DNA from: Trypanosoma brucei | Lineage: Eukaryota | Length of the DNA: 64,000 bases | Assembly (NCBI GenBank): GCA_000002445.1 | Contig: CP000069.1 | Coordinates: forward strand, 416,001-480,000 | Reading direction: 5' to 3' | Part shown: positions 1 to 19,315 of the stretch, piece by piece | How positions within the stretch are numbered: position 1 is the first letter of the stretch | How the letters are laid out: each line of letters begins with the position of its first letter | Notes under the pieces: generated by a model | Told to the model about the DNA's origin: nothing | Databases searched by the model: none | Seen by the model: only the letters and a program-made list of their open reading frames with translations | Position numbers and translations under genes: made by a program

Positions 1-965
<965 letters not shown>

Positions 966-1045
966 CTATGCACATACCACACGCACATGCCCTCCAGGTG
1001 TATTACAGTTCCACTACACAGCCGCTCGCCGAAGAAGATAGAATT

Positions 1046-1082
1046 GAGGGGGAGTAAAAAGGGAAGGAAATAAAAAAAAAAA
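1046..1082 (-). promoter_or_regulatory. Polypyrimidine tract (read on the minus strand) in the inter-copy spacer. Candidate SL trans-splice acceptor / polyadenylation-coupling signal for the downstream protease copy. Repeated at 2807..2843, 4568..4604 and 6329..6365
   Basis: The plus strand shows a purine run 'ggggagtaaaaagggaaggaaataaaaaaaaaaacc' just downstream (minus sense) of the stop of the preceding copy. This is the general architecture of kinetoplastid mRNA processing. Confidence 0.45.
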
Positions 1083-1145
1083 CCAAGCAATAATGAACGA
1101 GAAACACCAATCACAAGGTGAAGCGCAACCCAAGACTACGCCACC

Positions 1146-2726
<1,581 letters not shown>

Positions 2727-2906
2727 CTATGCACATACCACACGCACATGCCCTCCAGGTGTATTACAGTTTCACTACACAGCCGCTCGCCGAAGAAGAT
2801 AGAATTGAGGGGGAGTAAAAAGGGAAGGAAATAAAAAAAAAAACCAAGCAATAATGAACGAGAAACACCAATCACAAGGTGAAGCGCAACCCAAGACTAC
2901 GCCACC

Positions 2907-4487
<1,581 letters not shown>

Positions 4488-4667
4488 CTATGCACATACC
4501 ACACGCACATGCCCTCCAGGTGTATTACAGTTCCACTACACAGCCGCTCGCCGAAGAAGATAGAATTGAGGGGGAGTAAAAAGGGAAGGAAATAAAAAAA
4601 AAAACCAAGCAATAATGAACGAGAAACACCAATCACAAGGTGAAGCGCAACCCAAGACTACGCCACC

Positions 4668-6248
<1,581 letters not shown>

Positions 6249-6428
6249 CTATGCACATACCACACGCACATGCCCTCCAGGTGTATTACAGTTCCACTAC
6301 ACAGCCGCTCGCCGAAGAAGATAGAATTGAGGGGGAGTAAAAAGGGAAGGAAATAAAAAAAAAAACCAAGCAATAATGAACGAGAAACACCAATCACAAG
6401 GTGAAGCGCAACCCAAGACTACGCCACC

Positions 6429-8009
<1,581 letters not shown>

Positions 8010-8196
8010 CTATGCACATACCACACGCACATGCCCTCCAGGTGTATTACAGCTCCAAGATATAGCATCCTGTGTGGGATGTTTTATTTTCTTTTTTAAT
8101 AAAAAAATTTTGATGTTTTTGTTTATTTTTATTTTTATTGATGCTGCCTTTTTTATTGTTATTTGAAGAGAAGAAAATTACTTTTTATTGCATATT

Positions 8197-8220
8197 AATA
8201 TATATATATATATATATATT
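8197..8220. repeat. (TA)n microsatellite, with a second (TA)n at 8349..8375, inside a T-rich AT-rich tract spanning 8060-8480
   Basis: Read directly from the sequence. Confidence 0.9.
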
Positions 8221-8851
8221 AGGTTTTTTCTATTTTTAGGATATATATATTTTTTCTCCTTTTTTTGTGTACAGCAGGAGTGACGGTGTCTATTTGTGTT
8301 ATGCTTATGCGTGGTAGCGTTGTTGATGTCGAATTTTTTTTGTGGCCTTATATATATATATATATATATATATATTAGTTGTCTAATAAATTATGTATAA
8401 CTTTTTGTATTTGGTGATTACCTTTTTACTTTGAGAGATGCGTTGGTTCTCTCTCTATTTTTTTAAGTGTTGTAAAAATTGTGTATATCCTTATGTTTAA
8501 TACTTTGTAAAATTAGATTGTCTTTCTATGATGAAGGGGCATCTCAGAGGGGCCTACTTTTAATTCGTGCCAGTGTGTTCCAGAGAACGGTGTAAGCTAA
8601 GTGTGTTGTGTGTCTTAGATTGAGGTGCATGATGGAAAAGATGATGTATTGAGGTTTGTGTTGGTTAACAGTGATACAGAAGGGCTGTCAGTCTCAGGAA
8701 AGCAGTTTCTCGGGGGCGGGGAGGGGGAGTAGGCGATAGAAATAAGAAGCAATTAAAAAAATAAAAAATGTTACCTTCACGACGGTACAGGCTCGATGGT
8801 CGCCCGTTTTCGATATCCAACATTACACATACTGTTTAGATGAATGAAGAT

Positions 8852-11647
8852 CTACCCTGATGCGATATTTGCCGCCGTTTGTTCTAACACCCACCAAAGT
8901 GATACCGCCATATCCGTCAGAGTGATCTGTCTCCTATTTTCTGTGGAGTGAGAACGCGAAGTAAGGGGGTAGTCGTCAAAAACCTCAACGGTGCGTGGGG
9001 TGACGAACCGTAGCGTCGCAAATGGTGTCAATTCCCTGTGACTTCCCATCGTTTCAACTTTGCAAATCTTCTTTTCCCCGCCTTCTCCATCTCCCTGGCC
9101 CACATTCTCTCCTCGCTGCTGTTTGCTTCGCCGCAGACTGAGGCGCCGAGGCGGGCCTCTTTCAAGTCCGTGGGTAGGAGGTGATTCAGAAGCTTCGACA
9201 CCGCTGCTGTCTACATCCACACTTTGGCCCTGTTTCTTCACTAAACGTACCGAAGGAGAGGTACGAAATGACCTCTCGGCACGTTCGACAAGTTTCCAGA
9301 AACCACTACAGAATTGTCCCGGGATGACCGTGTCTCCCAAGACACAAACTTTGAAAACCTCCCACCACCCCGCGCCGCTGCTGGCGTTGGCAGCTCCATC
9401 ATAAGGCGCGGCACCAGTTGCGGCGCTACGGTCGCTCTTTCTCTCCTTTTGGCGTTGGACAAGCGTAGCAAAGAGGCCTATGGCAACAAGCAAAGATTGA
9501 TGTTGCTGATGCTCGGGCATAAGGCAGAGGGCAAAACCCGAGGCCCGCAGGCATCGGACGACTGGCCAAGGTGTAGCAAGAGCTAAATCAATTGCATTTG
9601 ATGTTGCTTCGACTGCCCATGCATCAACCACTGGAAATATGTCACGTGGGAGAGTGCTGCATAGTAGTAGAGCCTCGAGTTGGAGATGCAGTGCACACTC
9701 AATAAGGCACTCGAGTTCTTCCTCACTTCGGCTGAAGAATGCAGAACAGGGAGCGCCCAAAGTGTCCCCACAACTTGCGGCATCTGTTGTAAAGCGTGAG
9801 ACTGGGTAATGTGCATTGGTATTTGATTTCTCAACTCTTGATAAGTGCCCGTTTGACTTTCTCTCGTGGACAGATTGTTGCTTTGTGAATAACCCACGGC
9901 ATCCAATGAGTCGGCGGGCGGTTGTGGACAAGGTAAACGTAATTGCTGCCAGGGGATCACGACCGACGGACGCTCGTGAGCCTCGCTGCAATGGCACGGT
10001 AAAAAGGGTGGGGCCTTGCTGTTGCTGTTGCTGGTGTATTGGGGCCCGCCGATTGTTATTATTTGCCGCTGCCGTTGTGGTTGGTGGTAGCAATTCAACG
10101 ATGCGCCGCGATTCAGCAACATCTATGCGTACGAAGCTACATGTCGCAGCGCACATAGCACTCCAGCACCGCAACGGTGAAGTTCCTCCCGCATGAAGAG
10201 AGCCGTGCACAGCATGCCGTCTCGCTCTACCTACCCACTTTTCTTGAAGTCTTTCATCGTCTTGTGAGCTTCTGCTTGTCCGAGGAAGAAGGGGTAACAC
10301 GTCGTTTGACCCCATGTGTGCTTCATCAAGCAAACGAACAACCAAAACTATGTCTCCAGCACCCTGTGAAGTTGGAGGTGATGAGGGCATCCGCAGCACA
10401 ACGCCTGAACAAGAAACGACGCATGAGTAGAAGTCCCCCTCTTGAGTGGATTTTCCCGCGCCCCTGTACCCGGTAAGAGCCCGCGGAAGCCAAACGCCCA
10501 CGCGTGACCCACGTCCAATCAGGTTGAAGTTTAACAGAAAAAACGGTGGGGGAAGTCGAAGTCGATACGGCTGCTGCTGTTGTGCTTCCTCAACTAGCAG
10601 GCAGCACAGTATACTGCAGAATGCCTTGAGGTGCGAGGAAAACCGCGGATCCATTTGCACAAGGTTGTGAAGGTGAGGAATGCTCTCAATGAGTGTCGCG
10701 TTTCCCACTAGTGCCACAATCTTAATTGCACAGGAGAAGTAATATGCGCGAGCGAACCGTTTCCCGCACTTGTCAACTGTGGCAAACCAATCACCCAATA
10801 GACCAGTGGCGGCACGTTGCACTTGAGTGCGTTCCTTAGACCGTATGTGAAAAGCTGAAGGGGCACCGCAAACATTGCCGAACTCAGCCTTCTCAGTAAC
10901 CTTCTCATCACTATGAACAAAACTCGTCTTATTGTCGTCACCACCTTCCTCACTATCAGTGGCCGCAGGAATTTCATGTAACTGCAGGAACCACAAAACA
11001 GCCTCCACCCAAGAGGAATTTGTTCCTGCTCCCGCAGTCGGACCAGGCGTCTCTAGTATTTCACCCCCTTGCTTTCCGGGGGACCACTCCTTAGCCCACA
11101 GCGAACCGCTGTGAAAAAGAAGGGCAAGAAAGAGTTGATCAGACCCTAGTAGATGCCTCCAAATTTCAATACAGCGCCTCCACCGCTGGGCGCTGCTGCA
11201 AGCAGAACTGCCCTTATTACTAAAAGACGTAGCATTAAGCGATGCTTTTGTGCTGCACACTCCGTTACCATCATTCTCATGTTCGCGCTGAGCCGTCAAC
11301 AACTTCTCCTCAGCTTCAACCTCCGCCTTCACCTCTGCTCCTTCGTATGTGGTTGTGTCGGCTTCCCAATCATCGTTTTCCACTACTTCTCCTACAAGGT
11401 GCTTGACAAGTGTCGGTAGGAGCCTTTCAAGTGCTCGGGACATATCCAAACCCACACCGCACCCCTCTGCGCTCTGTTTCCCGAGTCGTAGCCTCACACT
11501 TAGTTTTCCTGCTTTCCCGCTTTTGTTTTCTTTTTGACCTTCCGTGCTATTGTTACTGCTATTTCGCCCATTGCGGTGTTCATGTTGATGAGAGCGTGAG
11601 TAATGAAAGAGGACGTGCGTGGGAAAAAATGCCGATGACAAATACAT
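8852..11647 (-). CDS. Hypothetical protein (up to 931 aa). Low-complexity segments including poly-Q and poly-N. The true start may be the internal Met at 11443 (MSRALERLL...)
   Basis: Long minus-strand ORF. No family recognised. The N-terminal 68 aa are of uncertain coding status. Confidence 0.6.
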   Translation of the reverse strand: MYLSSAFFPTHVLFHYSRSHQHEHRNGRNSSNNSTEGQKENKSGKAGKLSVRLRLGKQSAEGCGVGLDMSRALERLLPTLVKHLVGEVVENDDWEADTTTYEGAEVKAEVEAEEKLLTAQREHENDGNGVCSTKASLNATSFSNKGSSACSSAQRWRRCIEIWRHLLGSDQLFLALLFHSGSLWAKEWSPGKQGGEILETPGPTAGAGTNSSWVEAVLWFLQLHEIPAATDSEEGGDDNKTSFVHSDEKVTEKAEFGNVCGAPSAFHIRSKERTQVQRAATGLLGDWFATVDKCGKRFARAYYFSCAIKIVALVGNATLIESIPHLHNLVQMDPRFSSHLKAFCSILCCLLVEEAQQQQPYRLRLPPPFFLLNFNLIGRGSRVGVWLPRALTGYRGAGKSTQEGDFYSCVVSCSGVVLRMPSSPPTSQGAGDIVLVVRLLDEAHMGSNDVLPLLPRTSRSSQDDERLQEKWVGRARRHAVHGSLHAGGTSPLRCWSAMCAATCSFVRIDVAESRRIVELLPPTTTAAANNNNRRAPIHQQQQQQGPTLFTVPLQRGSRASVGRDPLAAITFTLSTTARRLIGCRGLFTKQQSVHERKSNGHLSRVEKSNTNAHYPVSRFTTDAASCGDTLGAPCSAFFSRSEEELECLIECALHLQLEALLLCSTLPRDIFPVVDAWAVEATSNAIDLALATPWPVVRCLRASGFALCLMPEHQQHQSLLVAIGLFATLVQRQKERKSDRSAATGAAPYDGAANASSGAGWWEVFKVCVLGDTVIPGQFCSGFWKLVERAERSFRTSPSVRLVKKQGQSVDVDSSGVEASESPPTHGLERGPPRRLSLRRSKQQRGENVGQGDGEGGEKKICKVETMGSHRELTPFATLRFVTPRTVEVFDDYPLTSRSHSTENRRQITLTDMAVSLWWVLEQTAANIASG

Positions 11648-11758
11648 TTAGTTTGTGATTGGAGGGAGATGAAGGAATGAAACGAAGCAGAGGCTGTGGG
11701 AACGTGCGAATATATTTCGCAACCACAAAGTCATTCGCAGAGTTCAGCCAAGGACGCG

Positions 11759-11789
<31 letters not shown>

Positions 11790-11801
11790 GACACACACAC
11801 A
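11759..11801. repeat. (TC)n(CA)n compound microsatellite
   Basis: tctctctctctctctctcacacacacacagacacacacacag. Confidence 0.9.
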
Positions 11802-12109
11802 GTTTCTTCATTCAGTTCCCGTCCACAGAGAAAAGCTCGAAAAGAACAACCACTCTCTTGGTCACCGCACCGTGCCCCCAAAGAAAATCAAAGAAAAAGA
11901 AAAAAACAACTCCAATAGTAGTATTGTATTCATTTTCCCTTGCGTGGACAACTAGTACCACAACAAACTTATAGAATCCATCGCCGCAAAGTCTCCAAAC
12001 ACTCTCGACCCAACAACATGTGATCACGGCACATTAATGGTTCACACCAGTCCCAGCACTTTTTTTTTTTGGCGTGACACGTCGTAGGTACCACACCATA
12101 GTTCGCGCC

Positions 12110-13000
12110 TTACGGACACGTATTATAGAGGAAGTCCATCAATTTCACGGCGGTTTCGCCCTTATTCATAACACGCACGAATGCTTCATCGCATGTACGG
12201 AGAAAGAGATTCTGTCGTTTCTCCTCCGCGAGTGTACTTGGCACAGTTGGAACGTTGCCTGCAACACTCTCTGTGTAACGGCGCAATTGCGCCTCAACAA
12301 ATGATACATCGGGATGTGAAGCGGGGAGAGCATCACGCGAGAAACGAAGAAAATTGACGGTATACTCGTGTCCAGGGAATATATACGTATGATTGTCTCG
12401 TTTTTGCACATCCGTCGCATCACACGCACTGCTCTCACAGGCACCGTTAAGATTGTACACCTTCCGCAGGGCGCTACACATAAGTACGGCGTCGCCCTCA
12501 AAAAAGGCACCAATGCCACCGACAAACATTGTATCACCGGTGAAGAGTGCAATACCATTCTCCGCCTTTTGCGGGTGGTACACCTTGTATAGAACGTGAC
12601 CACTTGTGTGACATGGGGCGTCCAGCACATCTACCTTTAATTCCCCAATAGAGAAGTGATCACCTTCACGGACCTTTTCTGTGACACCTGGTATGGGTTC
12701 GTTCGCACCGCCGATAATACGGAATGCCCCCATAGCATTCAGTTTTTTCTGAAGGCTGATGTTTCCACCCGAATGATCGTGGTGTTTATGAGTGGAAAGG
12801 ATTGTACGAAGATCGGTCGTGCGGTCGACGCCACCGAGGCGCCGTACATAATCAATTACTGGGTCGATGTCCACTGAAACGTCGACGGCAGCCAGTGTGT
12901 TTGTTGCCTTGTCGTGAATGACATACGAGTAGTTATCCTTCAATACAGGTATTACTGCCACAGTAAAGGCGGTCCCGATGCTCTTCACTACAACTTCCAT
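12110..13000 (-). CDS. GLO2: Glyoxalase II (hydroxyacylglutathione hydrolase; metallo-beta-lactamase fold), 296 aa
   Basis: THKHHDHSGG metal-binding motif (THxHxDH). GDTMFVGGIG and downstream His/Asp ligands present. Overall glyoxalase II architecture, including the C-terminal substrate-binding region. Confidence 0.85.
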   Translation of the reverse strand: MEVVVKSIGTAFTVAVIPVLKDNYSYVIHDKATNTLAAVDVSVDIDPVIDYVRRLGGVDRTTDLRTILSTHKHHDHSGGNISLQKKLNAMGAFRIIGGANEPIPGVTEKVREGDHFSIGELKVDVLDAPCHTSGHVLYKVYHPQKAENGIALFTGDTMFVGGIGAFFEGDAVLMCSALRKVYNLNGACESSACDATDVQKRDNHTYIFPGHEYTVNFLRFSRDALPASHPDVSFVEAQLRRYTESVAGNVPTVPSTLAEEKRQNLFLRTCDEAFVRVMNKGETAVKLMDFLYNTCP

Positions 13001-13987
13001 TTTCGGTGGTGGCAGTCCACCTCAAAAATTGTTATCGAAGTTGTGAATAAACGGACAACCCCCCCCCTCCTCTTCAGTGTATAGCCTTTCCACCACCTTT
13101 TGCCCTGACTCTACAAATTGTGTTTGACAATATTGTATACGGAACCGTATTTAGCGCTTCACAGTGAGGACGCTACTGGCAACGATGGCGACGGTGGTTT
13201 TGATAACCGATTTCAAGTGGGAACGGAGTAACGAATGCAAACCTTTTTTTTCTTTCTTCTGTTCCTTGGTTACCGAATCCAACGCCCTAACTCTCCACTG
13301 GGTCTGATGTTAAAACTAAAAACTCAAAACAGATGCTTTTCAGAACCTGATGGGTGTGTGTGAGGGGAGGGATGGGAGAAATAACTGTGAAGGTTGTCGT
13401 CAGAGTGGAAAGTAACCAAACGAGTTTTGGTGAAGAAAGGTCTAGTAAATAAACAATTGAGGAGAGAGGGGGAAAAAAAAATACTACAACCATAACAATA
13501 AGCGAAGAGGCAAAAACATACGCCGCCAGCGCATATTCGACCATCAACGAGGGGATGTGTGGTGAATTTCCGTTACAACCAGATGATAGCGGAGGGAGAG
13601 AAAGGAGCAAATTTCTTCTTTCCCTCTTTTTTTTTTCTACTATCGCCGCAAAAAAAAAAAAGAGAATGATAACAATCAGATCATCGGCGCCCACGAAACT
13701 TCTCAAACACACAGACGTGGATAACCCTCCACCAATATTGCATCACTACCCCTCTTTTTTTTTTCCTTCCTTGCTGCACTCAATTTTGGCACCTCAAGCT
13801 CTCTCAACACCCTTGTTTTTTTTTCTCCACTTTCTTCCCCTCCTCCTCGCTTCTCTCCCCTGTTCCTTCCAGAACCAGTATCATTTTTGAGAGCCCGCAC
13901 AAGGATGCATATAAAATAACCACATATTGCTTGTCCTTCCCTTCTCCATCTCTTTTTTTCTTACCTTCACTTCAGAATACACACCAA

Positions 13988-15214
13988 CTACGAATAAAAA
14001 TCATATTGTTCATCACCCGTCTTGCGAGTGACTGTACGATAGGCACTTTCAATGTCTTTTGGTAGGACAACATATCTGTTCTTCCGCACCGCCAACATAC
14101 CCGCCTCATGACAAATGGACTGAATATCTGCACCTGTAAGCCGTTCCGGTCGCGTGACAAATTCCTCCAAGTCAACCTCAGGTGAAAGGTTCATTCGAGA
14201 TGTACAAACCTGGAAGACAAGCCGTTTCTGACGGCGATCGGGGTAGGGGAATTCGATCTTGCGATCAAGACGTCCAGGCCGAAGGATTGCGGGGTCCAGC
14301 GTATCCCAGCGATTGGTCGCCATGATAACTTTCACGTTAGTTGTCTGATCAAAACCATCCATTTGGGCCAACAGCTCAATTAACACCCGTTGAACCTCAC
14401 GATCAGCACCGGTTTGCGCATCAAAACGTTTGGTTGCAATGCTGTCAACCTCGTCTATAAAAATAATTGCCGGGGCATTTTCTCGTGCAAGTCGAAACAC
14501 ATCACGCACCTTACGCGGACCCTCGCCAAGGTACTTCTGCACAAATTCCGAACCCACCACACTAATGAAGGCCGCATTCGTGTGATGTGCAACAGCTTTC
14601 ACAAGCATTGTTTTGCCGGTGCCGGGTGGGCCGTAGAGCAAAACGCCACGTGGAGGGTCGATTCCAATCTGGTCGTATAGTGAGGCATGTGTAAGAGGTA
14701 ACTCAACCGCTTCCCGAATTTCTTGTTTTTGCATGTCGAGCCCACCCACATCACTGTACGTCACGTTTGGCCTATCTTCTTTACGGAGAACGTGGACCGC
14801 CGAGTCTATTTCATTGGGAAGAATCTGGACGCATGAATTGCTGCCCTTATGCAACCCCACACTTGCGCCAGGTTTCAGTTTTTCCTTGTCCAAGGTGCTT
14901 AAAATGCGTACATAGTAGTTGCTGCTCGAACTACCACCTACAATACCACGACCCGCCTCTACTGCCTCCACAAAAGTGCCAAGTACCAACGGGACAGCTT
15001 GAATTCGTTTCACTTCCTGTTTGGCTGCGCTCTCCTCCTTTTGGAGATGGTGCGTTTCTGTTTTGCAGATCATCGTCTTGAGTTCAAGGTTTTGTATGCT
15101 TCGCACCAGCCGCTCATGTTCTTCATACAAACTCAACGTCGCCGCGGGGGTACCACCTGCAACTGCGGCATTTGTTGTTTGCGCTAAAAGTGAAGTCATC
15201 CACCCCTTCTTCAC
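13988..15214 (-). CDS. RPT3: 26S proteasome regulatory AAA-ATPase subunit Rpt3 (PSMC4 orthologue), 408 aa
   Basis: Walker A GPPGTGKT, Walker B IIFIDEVD and second region of homology. Near-collinear similarity to human PSMC4 as I recall it ([103 protein letters not shown]). Confidence 0.9.
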   Translation of the reverse strand: MKKGWMTSLLAQTTNAAVAGGTPAATLSLYEEHERLVRSIQNLELKTMICKTETHHLQKEESAAKQEVKRIQAVPLVLGTFVEAVEAGRGIVGGSSSSNYYVRILSTLDKEKLKPGASVGLHKGSNSCVQILPNEIDSAVHVLRKEDRPNVTYSDVGGLDMQKQEIREAVELPLTHASLYDQIGIDPPRGVLLYGPPGTGKTMLVKAVAHHTNAAFISVVGSEFVQKYLGEGPRKVRDVFRLARENAPAIIFIDEVDSIATKRFDAQTGADREVQRVLIELLAQMDGFDQTTNVKVIMATNRWDTLDPAILRPGRLDRKIEFPYPDRRQKRLVFQVCTSRMNLSPEVDLEEFVTRPERLTGADIQSICHEAGMLAVRKNRYVVLPKDIESAYRTVTRKTGDEQYDFYS

Positions 15215-15429
15215 TACCTTACGTACGAAGAAACAATCACGTGTTCAGTACGCTTCTTTTTCTTCTTCCCTTTCCTGTCCTGTAGAGTCGGTTTGGTGCC
15301 TCAAAGCAAAACTCGGCCCGTTATTTTTTCTGTGCCCTCCACACACACGGAGCTTTATGTATCTTTCCCTCTTTCTTTCTTTTTTTTTGTTTTCCACAAT
15401 AATTTCTTATTTATCTTCACTACCGCAAG

Positions 15430-15449
15430 ATATATATATATATATATAT
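15430..15449. repeat. (TA)n microsatellite, with another at 15806..15830
   Basis: Read directly from the sequence. Confidence 0.9.
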
Positions 15450-16653
15450 TGCTCTCGCCACAAAATAAAAGAGTTCCCCGCACTCAACTGATAGTCAAAT
15501 GATCGAATAACTCGTCAAATACAGACCAATCCCACCTCTCCTTCGTTTTGTCGTGTTGTTCCTTTTTTTTTTTGATAGCGGAAGGGCAGGTATGTAACAT
15601 ATGTAATGTTTGGTAAGGTGATGTGAGTGACAGAGGTAGAGGCAGAGATGGATGGATGGATGTAAAGATGGTAGAACATTTTTTTTTTAAAAAAGAGAAG
15701 CAAATATCAGTTTAAATTTATGCACATAACCAATGGCCATCATCACGTCGCAATACTGCAAAATATAAATATATAATATCAAATATACATCCACCACAAA
15801 ATAAGTATATATATATATATATATATATATGTTTATTTTAGCGGATGGAACAAAATTTACGGGTGAGAAAAAGAAGCCACAGCGCCCCTCTACACAGTTG
15901 ACAGCTCACCCCATCATTGCCAGTGGCTAGAGAAAAAAAGTAAAAAAAAACATAGGTTCACAAAATTATTAAAAACAGTGAAATTCAGAGATACAATATA
16001 TTTAGATATATATGATGTATATGTATACCCTGTCAGTGAAATGCACATACATATACAAATCAGATAAACGAACGCGAAAGACGATCGTAGCAAATAAATA
16101 CAAAAATACCGATACCCACACGCATATAAATAAATATGTATATTTGTGTGCGTATATTAGTAGTAGGAGGGGGGAAGCAATGACGTTAACGAGCAGAGAT
16201 ATCTCGTTTTCATTAAAAAAAAAACAAACTTTTCCCTCCACGTTTGCGCGGTCTTTCTTCCACTACCGCACTGTAACGTCGTACAAGTGGAGACTGGACC
16301 TTAACGGATTATGCGGTGGGGAATTTTTTCACAAAGGAGGTGTGAAGCGCAAAAATAATAATAATAGGAGTTGTTGTTATTGAAAAATATGGGAACTGCA
16401 GTACGGGGGTAGGGAAGAAGATAAAATATAAAAAAAGAAGTGAGTCAGCCTCCGAATATATCTTTCGTCCAGCTGCCTCTACGCCACGTTTTCGCCTCAC
16501 TTTCCTTTCCATTGCATGAATCGACGTTCATCCAATTCGACAGTTATACCGCTTTGGTGTCTTTCCCAACCTTCCTCTTCCTCTTTATTTCTTTCTTTGT
16601 GTGTGTCCTCACCAGCGATTCATCCATTTGACTTGCGCCAGTTATTTCTTTTC

Positions 16654-18132
16654 CTACTCGTGCGCCTCTTCATAGTACACATGGGCCTCCGATACGTCAA
16701 CACATCCGCGCTGCCACCTTTTTTGGGCATGGGCTCGCTCGATCCTTGCAATCAGCTGATCTGCAGTTTCACGCAAGTTACTCAATGGTATTTTTCCTTC
16801 CGACGTGCCACCGCTGGAAACTGCACCGGCCATGGTATTGACAGAATCATTACGAGGCATCACACGAGCACCGGCGTCAGTCTCCCAGGAGACACGATTT
16901 CGACTCCGTTCAACACTGTATTGCTGTTTTGCTCCCCAATGCGTAGCTATGCATGGCGGAAGGAAGTTACCTTGGCGGGTACCTCCAGTGAGGGGATTGC
17001 AAGAAAGTTGTGGAGGTTGCGACAGGGGATTAAGCCGGGCCGGGCGGAGCACCGGGAGGGGCCGTTTCTTCTTTTTCCTCACATTTTCCGGTGACTCGGC
17101 ATCAGGATCGGATTCGGCGTACACATTGCTGCGCGTATTGGTTGAAATCACCCTACCCGAGGAGCCAACGTGCCCACTAGTGATGGTGATAGTCGGAGCG
17201 TGAGCTGCAGTACACATATCGACGGTGCTATCTGAAGAGCTTGACGTTTCCTCACCGAATGACGTACTGCTATCAGATGTGCAAACAGGAGCTGTGTTCG
17301 TGGTTACCTTTTTTGATTGGTGCCGGCAAGAGACTTCCATATCTGAACTACATGTTTGAATCATCTCACAGCACTGCTCTAGTGCGCTGCGCAGCTTTCC
17401 TGAAGCGGCATATGGATCCTTCAGAGCATCGGTAATCAGTTTCCTCATTTCCACCAAGACTTTGCTCATGCGAGCCTCATTACAGTTGCCGTCACACACG
17501 TCTTGCCTCGAAACATCCTCAGCACATTCCTCATCAGGGATCGACTGTGTCTCCTCACTCTTCTGTACAGACCCTTTTCGTAGCACCATGAGTATTTTCA
17601 TGCACCGCCGCCTGTACACGGCAGCGGTCCTTCGGAGGTCACCAATTTCTCTCAGAAGAAGCATTACTCCGTTCAGTGCGCTCGTGGTATCAAACACGTC
17701 CTGTACCTCTCCTGCACTATAGTTTCCATCATCCCACCCCTTCGGCAATACACACAGGTGTTCGCAGGCACGCATGATACGGTGTGATGTGCTTTTATGT
17801 TCAGAAGCTCCATATACCGCAAAATTAAGCCCATCCCTGCAAACGTCTCCCCGCGAGCCATACTCATTCACCACTAGTTGCCGCAATGCTTCCTTCAGTG
17901 ACAGCACCATTCCTTGCGAAGGCGCCCCAATGGAATGGGAGTTGCTGACGCCTTGTCTCTTAGTAATTGGAATGCGAATCTGCTCATCTATGTATCCAGC
18001 GATTAGCAGGCAGAACGCTCGCGTGTTTTGATTGCCAATAGGACGTCTGGCACTTTTCCCCAGCAGATCGTCTGCAGGAACGGCAGCAGCATCGGTCACA
18101 ACCTTCAAACAATCACAAGAAGGCGCGCACAT
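16654..18132 (-). CDS. Hypothetical protein (~493 aa) with Ser/Thr-rich and basic segments. No recognised domain
   Basis: ORF 16654..18447 trimmed to the Met at 18132 (MCAPSCDCL...). The upstream 105 codons run through a (TA)-containing pyrimidine tract followed by AG, which is typical of a splice-acceptor region rather than coding sequence. Confidence 0.6.
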   Translation of the reverse strand: MCAPSCDCLKVVTDAAAVPADDLLGKSARRPIGNQNTRAFCLLIAGYIDEQIRIPITKRQGVSNSHSIGAPSQGMVLSLKEALRQLVVNEYGSRGDVCRDGLNFAVYGASEHKSTSHRIMRACEHLCVLPKGWDDGNYSAGEVQDVFDTTSALNGVMLLLREIGDLRRTAAVYRRRCMKILMVLRKGSVQKSEETQSIPDEECAEDVSRQDVCDGNCNEARMSKVLVEMRKLITDALKDPYAASGKLRSALEQCCEMIQTCSSDMEVSCRHQSKKVTTNTAPVCTSDSSTSFGEETSSSSDSTVDMCTAAHAPTITITSGHVGSSGRVISTNTRSNVYAESDPDAESPENVRKKKKRPLPVLRPARLNPLSQPPQLSCNPLTGGTRQGNFLPPCIATHWGAKQQYSVERSRNRVSWETDAGARVMPRNDSVNTMAGAVSSGGTSEGKIPLSNLRETADQLIARIERAHAQKRWQRGCVDVSEAHVYYEEAHE

Positions 18133-19315
18133 GCTCCAGCCAACTCCCGCGCTTTTACGTGGAGTATGTGTATACCAATCGGAACGGTTTATTCCTGCTG
18201 TTGGTGATAAAGAAAAAGTTGTGCAAGTGTATGTATATATATGTGGTTTGAATATGGTGATAAAGCCTTGTCCCCTCCGACCTGTACTGCGCCACCAATA
18301 TTTGCTCGAGTTGATTGTACGTTGTATAGTAAGCACGACAAGAATGTGGCTACCAACCTGCAATTGCGCAAGTTCCTGTGGGTTGCGGCTTTTTGCAGAT
18401 GGGCAAGAGAAGGGAAGGTAAAAGACCCTTTCAAAGTGGCGACGCAAAGAAACTAGAACAGTGGTGGCCGGCTAGCTTCCATTGCGTTTATACAAGTATT
18501 TGTTGATTCGAGTTGAGAAGAGAAAAGCCATGGGATCGAAGGGAAACATATATGCGAAAAGAAAGATTAGGGGAAAGGAGGGGGAAACACCACAAGAAGA
18601 CGACAAAGACAAGAAAACGGAGGGAATAAGTATTTATCAGGACTAACACCAACGTCGGCGGCCGAATGAATCAGGTGAGAAAAGGGGGGGATAATTTAGC
18701 AAATTGTAGACAAATATGTCAAAGATGTGATGGGGGAAAATGGTGATAACCTCTTGTAGGCAAATAAATGGATATGTGTACCCATCTGTAGCCTTGTGGG
18801 CGTGTCTGTAAATGAGTGCACGTGATATGAGCACTTGTTTATCAGAAATGAACATAACAACAGACCAGATGAGAGATTAATGCCGCAAAACACTACAAAA
18901 CAAAAACGGCCGCATGGGTGCAACAACGCTTACACGCCTCCATGGTGACAAAACAAGCGGGATGATATATCAAAAAGCGAGGAACCGATGGGAAAATACC
19001 TACGGAAAAGAGGAAAGCATTTCGTGCCCTACTCCGTGTTACTTTCTGCAAGAAAAACATGGCAAACAAGCTAGTATGTGCACATCCACCTTCTCAAATG
19101 GATATTTAGCATATAACCAGGCACTCAGACAACAATAAAAGGGAAGGAACCCCGTGCACGCACACACGCAAACAACCCTTTGCGCCCCTTTCGTTGCAGC
19201 ATCCGCCTGACTCCCACACCCGCTTAAGACATAAGAAAAATGCACATCTCCACATCATCGAAACACGAAGCAGGCTTTTCCTCATCCTGACACTCCCTTA
19301 CTGAACATTTGTAGA

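Noticed and set aside
9583-10122. 179-aa minus-strand ORF and 126-aa plus-strand ORF inside 8852..11647
   Set aside because: Out-of-frame or antisense overlaps with the 931-aa ORF. Low complexity.
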